Notes: generated from the sequence alone by a model not told the origin. Counted from the stretch's first letter, positions 1 to 13,850 are shown. The stretch: 64,000 nt of DNA from Octopus sinensis (GCF_006345805.1 NC_042999.1:112840001-112904000); one strand, 5' to 3'. Translations and numbers: made by a program.

Positions 1-56
1 AACACACGGTTTCACATCAGGAATCTTGCAACACAAATTCATAAATATATATATAT

Positions 57-533
57 AAAATTAATATAAACAGCCAGTCACAATGTGATACCATAAAGGA
101 AAAATTCAATCATCACTAAGTGTGACTAAGGGTGCCAGAGCATCTGCATTGCTAGAAATAAGAGTTAAAATACTCTTAATGCTGTGGAGGGAGTGCAGAA
201 AGTATACACCCATGCTAACAGAGGGGGGGGGTACTCCATGACTGACTTGAGGATCTCCAGACTGGATTTAGTTTTGTCTATGACTGTAGGCATCATTGGT
301 GAGGACTGCTTGAATGATGCATGATTGGCTAATTCCCTCTGCCAGCATATATATATTTAACAAAAATTTATGAATGATTTAGCGAAATGCTAATGCATAT
401 ACTAAAAATTAATATAAACTGCCAGGCACAATGTGATACTATAAAGGAAAAATTCAGTCATCACTAAGTATGACTAAGGGTGCCAGAGCACCTACATTGC
501 CAGAAATATGAGTTAAAATACTCTTAATGCTGT
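57..533 (+). repeat. Diverged direct repeat, about 129 bp x2 (57-185 and 405-533)
   Basis: aaaattaatataaac..cacaatgtgata..aaaggaaaaattca..catcactaag..gggtgccagagca..gagttaaaatactcttaatgctgt occurs twice with scattered substitutions. Confidence 0.75.
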
Positions 534-2424
534 ATGTATATAGCTAATCACTGTCCATTTAGATACTATTTATATTAGATATAACTGATTAACACACTTG
601 AAATATTTGATTATTAAAATCGTTGATTCAATCAACTGTAATCACCTTATCAATGCACAGTAGGTAATTAACTTTAGAGTCATTGTTATAGCTTACTATA
701 AGAATAATTCATAGCATCTAATAAGTATCAATGTCAGTATTATCTTCAGTCTGATCATTGACATCAGCCACAACACCAGTTTGACTGGTGAGGTTTCTAT
801 CTTTTGTCACTAAAATCCTCTCTATGGTCATCATCATCATTGTTGTCATCCTTGTTGTCATCAGCAGCACCAGCACTAGTAGCATTCTCTATTCCACAGT
901 TATATTGATATTATTGCCTTCCCATTCCATTTGCTTTTCTTCCTCCCCCGCTGCTGATAATTATTGCTATGAATGGATGAATTAACAATTTATTTTTTTC
1001 ATCTCACTTTATGGGTAGATAGTTTGCCTTACATTTGGCAGTCGCTTTTTCTTCAATTCCTCTTCTTCAAAACATGCTTAGAAAAGCTTTAACAAATATA
1101 TAAATTGTCCTTCACCACCATCACTTTTTTTGTTCCAATTTTTGTGATAATATTTTGCCATATTTACTTCACATTCTGCTTTCCTTGATAGTTTTTGTTA
1201 TGGCAAAAATCTAGTCAGCTTCAGTGTAAAAGATCAATATCTTAAATTCAGCCATTCAAATGCTTTATTTTTATGTTTTTAATGTTTTTTATAGCCTCTA
1301 GCATAAACTGAGTCTAGAATATAATGTCCCAACTAGATAAGCCATAGACAAAAAATGTAATGTATCTGGCCTAAGTTTTGATAATCTCTCAACAAGATTG
1401 CACATCTGTTATTTATAGCTAACAACAATGGTACAATGATTATTTATTAATAAACCTAAAAAAATTTAGACTGCATAATTGCATGAGCAACACAATGGTT
1501 ATGCTGATAGTATAAATTAACAAGATAACCTTATGACCATATTAGATAAGATCAAATATAGATAGAGGACAAGGGTATATCACATTAATTCTATGAAAAA
1601 ACAGCAAACATAGACTGTACAATCTCCTAAACAACTCATACAGATAAACATGTCTCAACAATATAACTGGTAATAATAACACAGATGTTTCATTATTGAA
1701 TGCCAAGTTTAGACAGTGTAAATAGAAAGGCTTGGTAACATATTGTATAACTGACAAAGAATCATACAGTGTTTCTGTTTTAGAACCATGAGTTTGGTCT
1801 GCATAATTAACAAGAAAACAGTAGACTATTGAGACACTATTAAGTCTGTAGTTTATAATTCTGAATTTAGATTTTGTGAAGATAAACTTCATCATTTGTT
1901 TCTCTGTAACCTATAAAATTTCTATTGATTTTATAGGTTATAGAGGATTAGGTAAGAGTAAGTGAAGTATATGGTATCTTCACAATTGAAACACTTGAGA
2001 ATCCATTTCTTATTTATTTTGTATTCTGTACTGTTCCCTGACAAAGGCACCAACTACTTTTACTGAAGTTCAGTACTTGATCTGCTTAATCATGGAAAAC
2101 AGATCTAAAAGGAAATCTGTGGAATTTGGTGGTTTATTCTGGAATGAGTTAAATCAAATGTAATCAGCTTAAAACCTAGCTATATAGCACAGATATTGTT
2201 ATGTGGTTAATAATTCACACCCATGTGGTTCTGTATTCAGTCTCACAGAGTGGTATCTTAGGTAAGTATCCTTTAAAACAGACCCAGCTGGACCAATGCC
2301 TTATGAGAAAAATTGGATAACTGAAAACTGCACGGAACATCATGAATATACATATCAATACGTGTGTGTGTGTGTGTGTATGTATAAGAACTGAAAGGAA
2401 ATGAGAAAAGGAGATTTTATATAT

Positions 2425-3345
2425 CATCATCATCATCATTTAACATCCATTTTCCATGCTGGCATGACTTGGACAGTTTTGACTGGAGCTGGTAATGCCA
2501 GAAGATGCACCAAGCTCCATTGTCTTTTCTGATATGGTTTCTATGGCTGGCTGCCCTTCCTAATGCCAACCACTCTATAGAGTATACTGGGAGCTTTTTA
2601 TGTGGCACCAACACCAGTGCTTTTAATGTGGCATCAGCATGAATGCTTTTTATGTGGCACCAGTCACCAGTATCAATTCTGCTATGACAGATGGGTTTTC
2701 TTGAGTACAGTAATGCACTAGATATCTTGATCCTTAGTCACCTCCTTCCTAAGACTCAGCGTCTTGAGATCAGTCTTCAATACTTTGTCCCATGTCTTCT
2801 TGGGTCATCCATCTTCCACGAGATCCATCCACTTTCAGTGATTGGAACTTCTGTATTCAACTGTCCACATCATATGTATCACATGACCAAACCAGTGCAG
2901 TCTTCTCTCTTGCACACTGCATCTAATTTTTTTTATTCCCAACATTTCCCTCAAAACACTAGCGCTCTGTTGCACCTGTACATTGACATTGCACATCCTG
3001 CAGAACATAGTAGCTTCATTCCTCTCTAACCTTCATATGTTTTCTGCATTCAGGGCCCACATCTCACTACCATGTAACATTGCTGCTTGTATACAATCGT
3101 CCTTTCACTTGTGAGAGACCCTTGATTGCTAACAGAGGCAAAAGCTCTGTGAATTGCCTCATATATTTTTATTCTAGGATTTGATTGGTAGAGGACACTA
3201 GCCAGGAGTGTTTCTGTGTCCCTGTGCTCAGATTGGTTGTCATTACATATGCTAGTTACCAAATGCTGGGACCCTGACAAGTGCTACTATTCCAGGTCAG
3301 AGTAGACCTGGGAACAATACTGACTAGGATGTGGTTCCACACTTC
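2425..3345 (-). mobile_element. Decayed, 5'-truncated RTE LINE copy (end of ORF plus 3' UTR and (GAT)n tail)
   Basis: (cat)n-atttaacatccattttccatgc at about 2425-2460 is the reverse complement of the 41800-41847 LINE tail. The sequence catgaccaaaccagtgcagtcttctctcttgcacac (about 2883-2916) is the reverse complement of the ERRLRWYGHV-coding region of the 38080 ORF. Confidence 0.75.
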
Positions 3346-4544
3346 TTGAAACTCTGAAACTTGCAAATCAGAGCCCCACTACCAATGCAATTTAATGTCA
3401 GATGCAAGACATAATACACATATCTAATGGCTGTCCACTCGTGACCGAGGAAGACCATCATTGACTATTACTCATGCAAAATGCCAGCAATGCCCATACA
3501 TGAGGTTATTGCACTCTCAGTTGATTTCATCTGAGTTCAGGCCTGTGGTTTCCATGGTCACTGCAGTACCTTCTTACTCAACCAAGCTTCAAGACGTTGC
3601 CTTGCTGGCAATTGCATAGCCTAAAATTTTAGATCCAATAAGGCTTGCACAACACCTCACAGATCCTTTCCACCCTACTGACATGATCCAGAGACAAGCC
3701 AAGGCAAGATATCCAGTGCTGATATGGGTCAAGGCTCAGGAGTGTGGGGTACCATGATCTAAAGCACAATCAAAAGATCCCCAAAATGTTCAATGCCATT
3801 CCTTACATATCTGGTTTTCCTCATGTGACACTGTAGATATATGCCTGTAGGTTCTAGTGGTTGCTATAGCAGATGAAAACAAGATATAATTGGTCAGATT
3901 GCAACATTTGCTGTTCCCATTCTTTTGTTAGTGGTGACTCATGTAGGACAACTATTGTCCATAATGGATGCAATGTATAGTTTGTACACCATTGTTGTTA
4001 TTTTTTTCTCTTGACTAATTTGGTACCCCTCCTTGCTCGAAATGTCTCTTTACTATGTCTTCCATGTAGTTTGTGAATATTGTGGAAGAGCTATGTATAT
4101 GTATGTAGTCAAGTGGTAAGATCGTTTGGCTTATGATCAGAAGGATGTGAATTCAATTTCTGAACCAGGCTGTACATTGTGTCCTTGAGCAAGGCACTTC
4201 ATTTCATGTTACTCCAGTCTAATCAGATGTAAATGAGTACTAGTCAGGTACTGGTGTAACTCTCTCTCTCTTCCTCCAGTTGCTACCTTCAAGATGAGCT
4301 ACTGAGTCAAAAGGAGGCCAAGGGCATATCTATATCTGCTTGTGACTACATAGACACACACCTGAAACATTAAAGTATGGCAAATGTTACTAAGCCATCA
4401 CAAGCTTGCAAGAGACAGCTGGTTGTACAGTATTTTTGGCTAGAGGAGTTGTGTGTAACTCTTAGTATTTTTGTATTCTCAGTGAATGTAAAGTATGCTT
4501 ATATTGTTGAGTGTGATGGTTACTTTTACATTATTTATATTTGA

Positions 4545-5137
4545 CAGAGGCAAGTGAAAATCAAAATCAAATCAAATCAAAACAAATCAAAATAGATGAA
4601 CATAAATGGAATTTGTATCTTTGTGGTACCAGTGCCGGTGGCACACAAGAAAATCATCCGAACGTGGCCGTAGCCAGTACCGCATAGACTGGCCTCCGTG
4701 CTTTGGGGACGTAACAAACACCATCCGATCGTGGCCGTCCGCCAGCCTCATCTGGCACCTGTGTCGGTGGCACATAAAAACACCATCCGAGCGTGGCCGT
4801 CTGCCAGCCTCGTCTGGCACCTGTGTCGGTGGCACATAAAAACACCATCCGAGCGTGGCCGTCTGCCAGCCTCGTCTGGCACCTGTGTCGGTGGCACATA
4901 AAAACACCATCCGAGCGTGGCCGTTCGCCAGCCTCGTCTGGCACCTGTGTCGGTGGCACATAAAATCACCCACTACACTCTCGGAGTGGTTGGCGTTAGG
5001 AAGGGCATCCAGCTGTAGAAACACTGCCAGATCTGACTGGCCTGGTGCAGCCTTCGGGCTCCCCAGACCCCAGTTGAACCGTCCAACCCATGCTAGCATG
5101 GAAAACGGACGCTAAATGATGATGATGATGATGATGA
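4545..5137 (+). mobile_element. RTE LINE 3'-UTR fragment / LINE-tail SINE with (GAT)n tail
   Basis: 4970-5137 matches 41676-41847 (cccactacactc..ggagtggttggcgttaggaagggcatccagc..aacccatgctagcatggaaaacggacgctaaa(tga)n). Confidence 0.9.
4719..4966 (+). repeat. 62-bp tandem repeat x4 inside the RTE 3' UTR
   Basis: caccatccga unit starts at 4719, 4781, 4843 and 4905. The units are contiguous and near-identical, with no unique spacers. Confidence 0.95.
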
Positions 5138-5306
5138 TTGTCCTCATCTTCAGCTGATATATTCTCCAGCCTTCATCAGGTGTCTTGGGGAAATCTTGAA
5201 ACTGGGTTCTCATTCCTAAGGTATTTTTCGATGTTGTTATTATTATTATTCAAGTCACTGCCCGTGCTCTTAACCCCAAGATTCCAAGTTCGATTCCAGG
5301 CAGTGA

Positions 5307-5373
<67 letters not shown>

Positions 5374-5560
5374 TAAACAACAACAACATCGAAAAGTACC
5401 TTAGGAATGAGAACCTAGGTTCGAAATTTCCCCAAGACACCTGATGAAGGCTGGAGGGTATATCAGCTGAAACATTGTGTTAACAACAAACAAGATGAGA
5501 ACAAATATCCGTCAAATGTAAATAATGTACATAATTCCTCATCTCTTAAATATAGAACTG
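5138..5560. mobile_element. Palindromic tRNA-derived element with hammerhead-like motif in each arm (centre and left end deleted)
   Basis: 5138-5261 is the reverse complement of most of 5299-5502. Pol III B-box GTTCGATTCC at 5288-5297, then an (AAT)n tract and CTGATGA at 5441. The right end is ...tatagaactg|TA. The same family occurs at 23352-23638. Confidence 0.85.
5436..5481 (+). ncRNA. Minimal type I hammerhead ribozyme-like motif (Penelope-associated type), degenerate
   Basis: gacac (stem I) - CTGATGA - a - GGCTGG/TCAGCT (stem II) - GAAAC - att - gtgtt (stem I'). Stem III is minimal; AACATT would be the palindrome AACGTT if one CpG decay is reversed. Confidence 0.6.
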
Positions 5561-5569
5561 TATGGCTGG

Positions 5570-7480
5570 TTTTATTTGGTGTTGCTGATATGAAGGCAGG
5601 CAGTGGAGTTGGTAGTGTCACTTCAAGCCTGTTGTTATGGAGTCAGGTTTCTAGATGATTTAAGAAGTATTACAGAAGTTTTACAAGAAGTGTCAAGAGA
5701 ATTGTGGGAGGACGTGAATACGATGTAATTTGCATACCAGGTTGTGTATATGTGTTGCAGAGGTGTGGGAAGAATGCGTAGGTACTGGCTGAAAATCGTA
5801 GGTGAGAGGGTGGATTTCTGTGGAAATTGCAGGTTCTGGAAGTATTGTCCCAGTACACTCCATAGGCTTGGCAACCTGACAAATAGTTCGCTATTTTGTT
5901 TTGTGTGTGTAGGTGGGGTGATTTTTTCTTTTTCCTTAAATACTTGGATAGTAGAAAATGGGAATGAAAGTGTTGCTGATGTCACTGGTAGTTATTACAA
6001 TAGTTACAATACAATGTGTAGGAGGAATTTTGTTGAAACATTCATGTATTTTTGGCGTTAATTTAACGAATAATGCTTTTGTGATTTAAATCCATGTTGT
6101 AACATGATGTGGGGGATGCATGGATTAGTTATGTCAAAAATTAGCCTTTCTAGAATGTTTGAAGCTGTCATAGGTATGATGTTAATCAACCTGCTTGCTA
6201 CTGAAATCAGATATATCTATTCAAAATTAATTTTAACTACAGAAAGTGATTTTATATACCAATCTATCATGTCATGTTTTGAAATTATTTTCTTGTTAAA
6301 ATATGTCCAAGTTTACTGAGACAACGTCTTTCAGAATATAGCACTTCTATCTTTTGGTACATATTTAACAGTCATTACTGGCCAGTGCTAGTGACATATA
6401 AAAGGCACCTGAGTTGGTGAAATGTAAAAAGCACCTATGCCAGTGACACATAAGAGACACTCAGTACACTTTGTGGAGTGGTTGGCATTAGGAAGTACAT
6501 CCATTAGTAGAAACCAAGCTAAGATAGACTGGAACCAAGTGCAGCTCTCCAGCTTACTAGCCCCAGTCAAACCCCTTTACTCATGCTAGTATGGAAAATG
6601 GAAGTTAAATAATGATGAGTGGAATAACCATGGAATTTAATTTTGCAGTTTAAGGGTTAAGATTTTTGTTGTGCTTCAGAATTGTTATAACTTTGTCTAG
6701 CTTCTGATTTCTGGTAATTAACATAGTTGTAGATATTGATGAGTACCAAGACTGTTTCAGGTCCAAGGTTCTTTTATGCATATTTGTGATTTTGTTTGGT
6801 CTTGTTGCTCCTGAATTTTTAGAATTCTCTCTTGCTTTTTGGATGTTTAATGGAAGGAAGGAATAAAGTTGAGATCTATATAGAAAGGGATTATTTTACA
6901 TTTTGTATCTCTGACTTTTTGTGGGAATTTTAAAGGCTAATTTTCGAAAACTGCCTGATGAGAGTATTTGATATTGCTGAGTTTGTTATTATGACATATA
7001 AGTGTGGCTGTTGATGATGATGCTACTTGTATGTAGTGTTTTATTGTTAGTTTTGTAGTTTGCTTTTGCGGTTGTCTCTGGTTTTTATGAGCCTAGCTAT
7101 TTCTGGTGTATGAGTTTCATTTTATATGGTGGTACTTTGAAGGATATGTTTTTTTGTTTGTTTTTGTTTTTGCTTTTTTAGAGACGCCTATAATTATTTT
7201 GTTGAATATATGTATTACAGTGCTTACATTGGTGATTGTGATGTTTGTAGATATTTTGAAAACCTTGATTGTTCTGGGAGGAAATCGTTCCTCTAATGCT
7301 TTTTTGAAGTTAATAAAATGTGTTTTTGTTTTCTTCAATGATGTACGAGTGTGTTGTGATAATTGGTAAGTGGTCCAAGGTAAGTTGGGAAATTGCCTGC
7401 CAAGTGGTTTTGATAGCTAGGTATGTGAAGCCGAGGTGGGGGGATTGGACGTTTGGGGAAGAGATGTTGAGCGAATGAGT
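5570..7480 (-). pseudogene. Highly decayed non-LTR retrotransposon RT/endonuclease (Jockey/I-like), interrupted by a repeat at about 6380-6620
   Basis: The minus ORF 5635-5985 contains FPQKSTLSPTIFSQYLRILP...WYANY, a degenerate PQGSxLSPxLF...YADD RT motif. Boundaries are approximate. Confidence 0.5.
6380..6620 (+). mobile_element. Diverged RTE 3'-tail fragment
   Basis: ggagtggttggcattaggaag...catgctagtatggaaaatggaagttaaataatgatga resembles the 41690-41830 tail. Confidence 0.75.
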
Positions 7481-7772
7481 GCGCGTTCACTCACAGTAAT
7501 ACATCAACATAATGATAATTGATCTTGTTTCCTTTTAATAGACAACCAGCCAAACGTATATTACTGAACAACGGTTTGCTTTGCACTCAAAACAAAGCAA
7601 TAATGTGGTCTGATTTGCTCTGGTAGTAGTATTATGGCAAAAGGATCTAGGTCAAACAGAAATAATATAATTTATTGTATCTTTTTGTGAAACAGCGAAT
7701 ACATTTTCACACGCTCATACATACACATCTGCCTATGTGTACATATGTATGTGCGGTGTGTGTATATATACG

Positions 7773-7810
<38 letters not shown>

Positions 7811-8250
7811 TGCGCGCGCGCACACACATTCACATACATACACACATATATATATTATTTTCTTGTTTCAGTCATTAGACTGCTGCATGACAGAGTTTCG
7901 GATTAGGATGTCCACATAAGTTGGATTTTCCCCGTTTTGACGAGGATCTTGCGGATTCTTTTTTGAAATAATGAATTAAAATTTTTTGAAAAATCTATGA
8001 TTTTTTTCACCCCACCTTTTCTACACGACCCTCTGTGCCGATTTTGGTCAATATTTTGCACTACGCACTTAAAAAAGATGAGAGAAGCCTTTTCGGTAAA
8101 AAAAAAAATTGAAAATATTTTCAGTCGAAAAGGTGTGTGATTTAAGGGAGATTTAGCTGTTGTTTCTAGCACATCCCACGATCACCTTGTACCTTCCTCG
8201 TTCGGCCCAGGTTCAATTTCCGGCATGGGAACAGCATTATTGTTTATATA

Positions 8251-8411
8251 GGCACAGGCATGTTTGTGTGGTAAGAAGCTTGCTTCCCAACCACATGGTT
8301 CCGGGTTCAATCCCACTGCGTGGCACCTAGGGCAAGTGTCTTCTGTAGCTTCGTGGGTGGACCAAAGACTTGTGAGTGGATTTGGTAGGCGGAAACTGAA
8401 AGAAGCTCGTC

Positions 8412-8455
<44 letters not shown>

Positions 8456-8660
8456 TCGCGTCTGTGTTTGTTCCCCCTCTCTCGCTTGACAACCGATGTT
8501 GGTGTGTTTACGTCCTCGTAACTTAGCGGTTCGGCAAAAGAGGTGATAGAATAAGTACTAGACTTACAAAGAATAAGTCCTGGGGTCGATTGTTCGACTA
8601 AAGGCGGTGCTCCAGCATGGCCGCAGTGAAATGACTGAAACAAATAAATGAAATGAAGTA
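8251..8660 (+). mobile_element. tRNA-derived SINE with internal (TA)n
   Basis: Head tgtgtggtaagaagcttgcttcccaaccac..GGTTCAATCCC (B-box), then ggcacctagggcaagtgtctt, with the tail ccagcatggccgcagt..tgactgaaacaaataaa. Fragments recur at about 32455-32600, 57360-57500 (-) and 62450-62600 (-). Confidence 0.8.
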
Positions 8661-11600
8661 AAAAATGTTTTATATCCACGCAGTCAGACAAGGAAGATGT
8701 CGGTTAGAATGTCTTTCAAAATAGTCTTCGGTCAAAGCTAGCCTGATATACATACTTTCCTTCATTTCCTTTTCTATTGGATATTTTTTCTGTTTATTTA
8801 CATCTTACTTTCCTTTGATTAAACAATAACTAAATAAAATCCACCCAATTAACATTGGTATGAAATAACAGGTTTGGCTCTATGACTCATGGGGAAGTAG
8901 ACGCAAAACGTTTTTGTAGTGCAAAATCGTCGGTTGGGTGTTACTAACTGAGCTTTTATTTACTTCTACATGAAACACGTCTCATAAATTCCGACGTCTC
9001 CTTTCACATATCTCTGAGATATTTAGTAGTCGCTTTTACTATTATACATTTTCTTCTTTTCTACCTGTAGAATTACGTTTTTTTTTTTCCTTTTTAAAAA
9101 ATTTCTCTGTTGTCTTCTGGTATAATGAAAATTTAATATGAATGATTTCAGAAGACAAGCAGACAAATAATTTTTCATTGATCACGAAAGAAAAAAAGCC
9201 AACTGTAAAATTTGCCTTTGATCTAATACATCCTTTTCTACTAGAGGAACACGGCCTAAAATTTAGCAGGGAGGGGGCTAGTCGGTCCCTAGTACTTCTT
9301 TTATCGACCCCGAAAGGCAAAGTCAACCTCAACAGAATTTGGACTTGGAACGTAAAGACGAAGCTCGCCGCTTTTGATCTAATAAATTAACAAAGAGGGG
9401 TCTTATAACTACATACTTACAAATCAATTAAATTAATCTCTTCCTGTAGGCTAATTAAGAAAATAAATAACTGCTTTTTACTTACTTACAGACATAAAAA
9501 TCAAATTTAGAAAAAGAAAAAAGTGTAATTAATTGATAAAACTAATTACCCGTTATTTTTAAAGCATTTCATTACTGTCATTAGTAAAGTGTAGTTATAA
9601 ATTTCAGAAATATTAAATTATTACGAAATAAATTAAGCACAGTTTTTTAGGGACCTGTTTTTTCTATTTACATTCTATAACGAAATAGATATGTTCTTAG
9701 GTTTGATGTTAACAATTTTAAGTCTATATATCACCATTCAAACATTAACATATTTTAGAAATAGTAAAAATGAAATAAATGTATTTCATATAAATTGCAC
9801 TTAATCTTTCTCGACGTAATTGTATCCTCTAAATAAGAGAAATTAATTTGAGTTGGAATATTTAATTGGGATGAAACAATATACAGTATAAAAAAATTGT
9901 CGTTTTCTGCATAAATCCGGAATGGTGCATATGTCAGAAATGAGAACAGTTTCGTTCACGTGTCTTAATGCCTTTATCATTCGTTCATCACATCACATTC
10001 CCACTCTTCCTTTAACTTTTAACTCAGAAGCTTTATAACTACAGCCATATTGAATTATGTTGTGGCAAGTGGAAACTGAAAAATACAGGACATAAAAAAT
10101 TCTAAATTTTATTATTTTAGTGTGATTCTAATCTAAACCACTGGTAATAACAGTAAATTCATACATATTAAATACTAGTATTGACATTCTTTGCTGAGAC
10201 AACCGACTGAGATGGCGTTGGAGGTAGTGATGGACTAATAGCAGCCTGCCAAGGCGCTTTTGTCTTCGTGTGATGTTTAATATAAATAGAAATCACTTAC
10301 ACACACTTTCATCACCTACTCATATATTGATACAAATAATATTCAACATATGTACTATTATTTACAACTACATTTTGTTTTAATCAAATAATAACTGCTA
10401 AAAACTGGGTGTAACAGACTTTCACATGTAAATGTCACAATAAAATATAGGCATGACTAATTAAAAAAAGAAAAACTATACACATAAATTTTAAATTTAT
10501 TTTCTGCTTTGCCTCGCAATACTTCCGAAAATGGCTGTGAGCATTTTAAAGCAATTGCTATGTTAAATGAGGTCCATAAGGCAACTATTTATTTCCCTCC
10601 CAATTACGATTATTATACGTATACATATATAACACACGCACAAGCACGATTTCTTAGAAACCAGCGTTTTCCGAAGTAGGTTTCCACGAACATCAGGGTT
10701 TTTGCAAGATGACTTTTTAATAAAATTTTATACAAATGCACTTTATTAAAGAATAGTATTCACCATTTTAAGTTGCAATATATGTGTTAATCCCTCCATA
10801 TATAAAATATACATACATGCATGAATGCATATATATATATATATATACGCACACACATATGTACGGTAACTAAAGTTTATATTCAACAAGTAAAATGTTC
10901 TGTCCCTGTGACTGCATAAAAAAATTATTTTTATTTACTTTGTCCCTTTTGTTAAATCAAAACGTATTTATACAACCAGTTAGAGATTCAACAAGCATAT
11001 TCCAAATAAAATAGAAACACCGTTTTAACATGGTATGACACCTAAATAGATTATCGTTTTACTACTTAAAAGCTTCCCCGTGATTCATCAAGAAGAATCA
11101 GATGTTGATGCCATTTTATTTTTTCCCCACAAAGCCTAGTCGATGAAGTTGAATTAACCTCAAGGGAACCGAAATAGTGGTTTTAGTTATATGTGAGCAC
11201 TGGTGCCTGCAAAACGAATCACGTATTTTATAAAGTTTAATTCAACACAATCATTACTAGATTACCCCATATTCATATTTCTCCTTTTCCTTATCTATAA
11301 CAAAATGTTTAAATGATCTTCAGAAAAATTTTGAAGGTATTTTAGATGGAAGAATGGAAGCTATCTTAATCGATTCTTGCTTTGGTAGTCACACCATTTA
11401 TCATAATTATATATTCAGCAGTGTATTGTAGATGTAAGCTTATCCAGTCCAGTTTCAAATCCAAATGGATGCTATTAACATTAATAAAAAACATAAATTA
11501 AAAACGTTCTTAACAGTATAAATTTCATCCCTATTTCCCAATAAAACTGATGGCCTAAGTGCAAGAAATATACTTTTTTATTATCCTGCGTTTTAACCTC

Positions 11601-13688
11601 CATTTATTCTCATTAGCACACATTAAAATAAATCACTATCTGAAGCTGTTGATTATTTTGTAACTTAAGTTATCATTACGTGATAAAATTCTAACTTAAA
11701 CTTCTTTGGGCTTCTTTTAATTGTTGAAATTACACTTTAGTCGAACAGCCATAAAGAAATCTTATTTGTAAAGATTTTTTTTTAATATTCGCCTGAATTT
11801 TTCAATTTATAACATGATATAAAGTAGACACAGTTGGTTATTTTTCATATGTACTTTCAAATTGAATATAATTTAATCCCTGTCTTTAATATAAACAACT
11901 TATTGCGTCATAGTATTCTATTCGCAAAACATTTTATTTCTGCTATTGATGCAACGATGATATCATTTTATTAAACACACCCTCGATTTCAGTCTTCCAC
12001 AAAGGACTGGCAGACACACACGCATCTATACATTAATCATGCATAAATGAATATAAAGAAATATTCCTCGATTTTAAAATACTCGCTAAAAAGATTTGTT
12101 TTCAGAAATCTCACAGGAAAGTTGACCTGATATTTTGCAAATTTCATTTTCTTCTATTATGCTATCAATACAATTGGGATTGGTAACTTGTACAATAATT
12201 AAAAATTTGTCTGGTCAATTTTCCGATTAGAGAATTAGACGATATACTATATAGAGTGTACGACACTCACACATATACACGTAAGTGTATACACACACTA
12301 ATACGCAAGCACCTATACGTGTGTGAACATGTCTAAGTGCATAAATATTGTCTTACTGAATTAGTATAGAATTAAAATATTAACAGTGCATGTTGTCTTT
12401 AAAAGTGAAACAGTGAGTCTTCAATAACTAAATATTGATGACTAAAATAGCTATGTCTATTCTCTTAATAATTATGGCGGACGAGGCCGTTCTCTTCTCA
12501 ATTCATGCTAAATAACTGACTTATGTGGCCATTTAATCTAGAGTTACACTTCTAATAAATATCTCTACCGTAATTACGTCATCGTCTAACTAAAACTCAG
12601 CTTACGTTCATGAGAAAGTCATGATTTTCGCTATGTCACCTTTATTGACTGAATATAAGTCACGTATAAACTAATACGTAACTTGTATTTCGCTACGCAA
12701 TTAATATAATGATTTCACTGGTGACAAAAAATGTTTTACTGAATTCCTTGAAACAAAAGAAAAAATCCCATAAAAACTTGAATTTCCATTTCTATCTGAC
12801 AATCTACACCTAAAAAATTGGACAAAATAATTAGTTTTGTAAAATTTCAGAACGATAAGATTTTTGGTAGCCCACAATATACTCTATATACATGCACAAT
12901 TATATTTATAATATATACACTCATACTGACGTTTTTATTCATCCATTTATACATACATATGCACAAACGTATGCTCTTATGTATATGTATACACACATAC
13001 ATCTTTTATCTTTTGTTTCAGATATTAGACTGCAGCCATGCTGAAGCACCGCATTGAAGAATTTTAGTCGAACGAATCGACCTCAGTACTTTATATATAT
13101 TTACGGCTCTGATTCTGAATAATTGCTGAAGAACTGCAGAAATAATTCGAAAACTAAAATGAAATCGGTGCTACTAGCCTATTTAGCGTGCGACCTCCCT
13201 GAGCCTGTTACATTATTATGCAGACTACTTAAGATATGATTACACTGTAGATTGAAAAGAAAACTGCCATGTAATTGATTAGACTCATAATTTTTATTAT
13301 AATAACAAAAGAAAAACTGTACAATATGATTTATTAATGATAACATTCTTTATTATGATAAAACAAAACCGTACATGAGTAATGGCATACATGTAGCATC
13401 ACATCCTTTAATGGCATACTATTCGTATATCATTTAGAAATTCTACAAATACAGAATCTGCATCATTTTTTTTTTCTTTTAGAACTTTCCAGCAAATGTG
13501 GTCAAGGTGCAGAAGCTGACCCCTATTTAATATTCTCCAGTATGTCTGTCGATCAATGAATTTTGCTTCCTTTATTTGGAGTTATCGGTAAACCTACACA
13601 AGCGTGTCTAGAAAATTTCATTAAAAAATGTCCATTTTTTAAAAAGTTACGAAGAAATAAAATCGGGTGGCACACAGGGCATACTCAC

Positions 13689-13850
13689 GTATGCTCCCCC
13701 ACCGATTTCGTTTCCTTGTAACTTTAAGAAAAAAGGATTTTTTTAATGAAATTTTCCCCTCATTCTCATTCTCCGTACCAACCTATCTTCGTGCACGATG
13801 GAAAACGATAGCCTGCCCCTCGCACTTCTTGACAGCTATATATCACAGTA
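13689..13850 (-). other. Candidate spliced exon (non-coding or 3' portion) of an unidentified minus-strand transcript
   Basis: Minus-strand acceptor tttttcAG at 13851-13852 and donor TAC|GTGAGT at 13688-13683. The segment is richer in GC than its flanks. No frame is open across it. Confidence 0.3.

Noticed and set aside
1542-1895. 117-aa minus-strand ORF
   Set aside because: No motifs; it has the composition of AT-rich non-coding or highly decayed repeat DNA.
4719-4966. CRISPR-like regular repeat
   Set aside because: Units are contiguous 62-mers with no unique spacers, there are no cas genes, and the array lies within a LINE 3' UTR in eukaryotic DNA.
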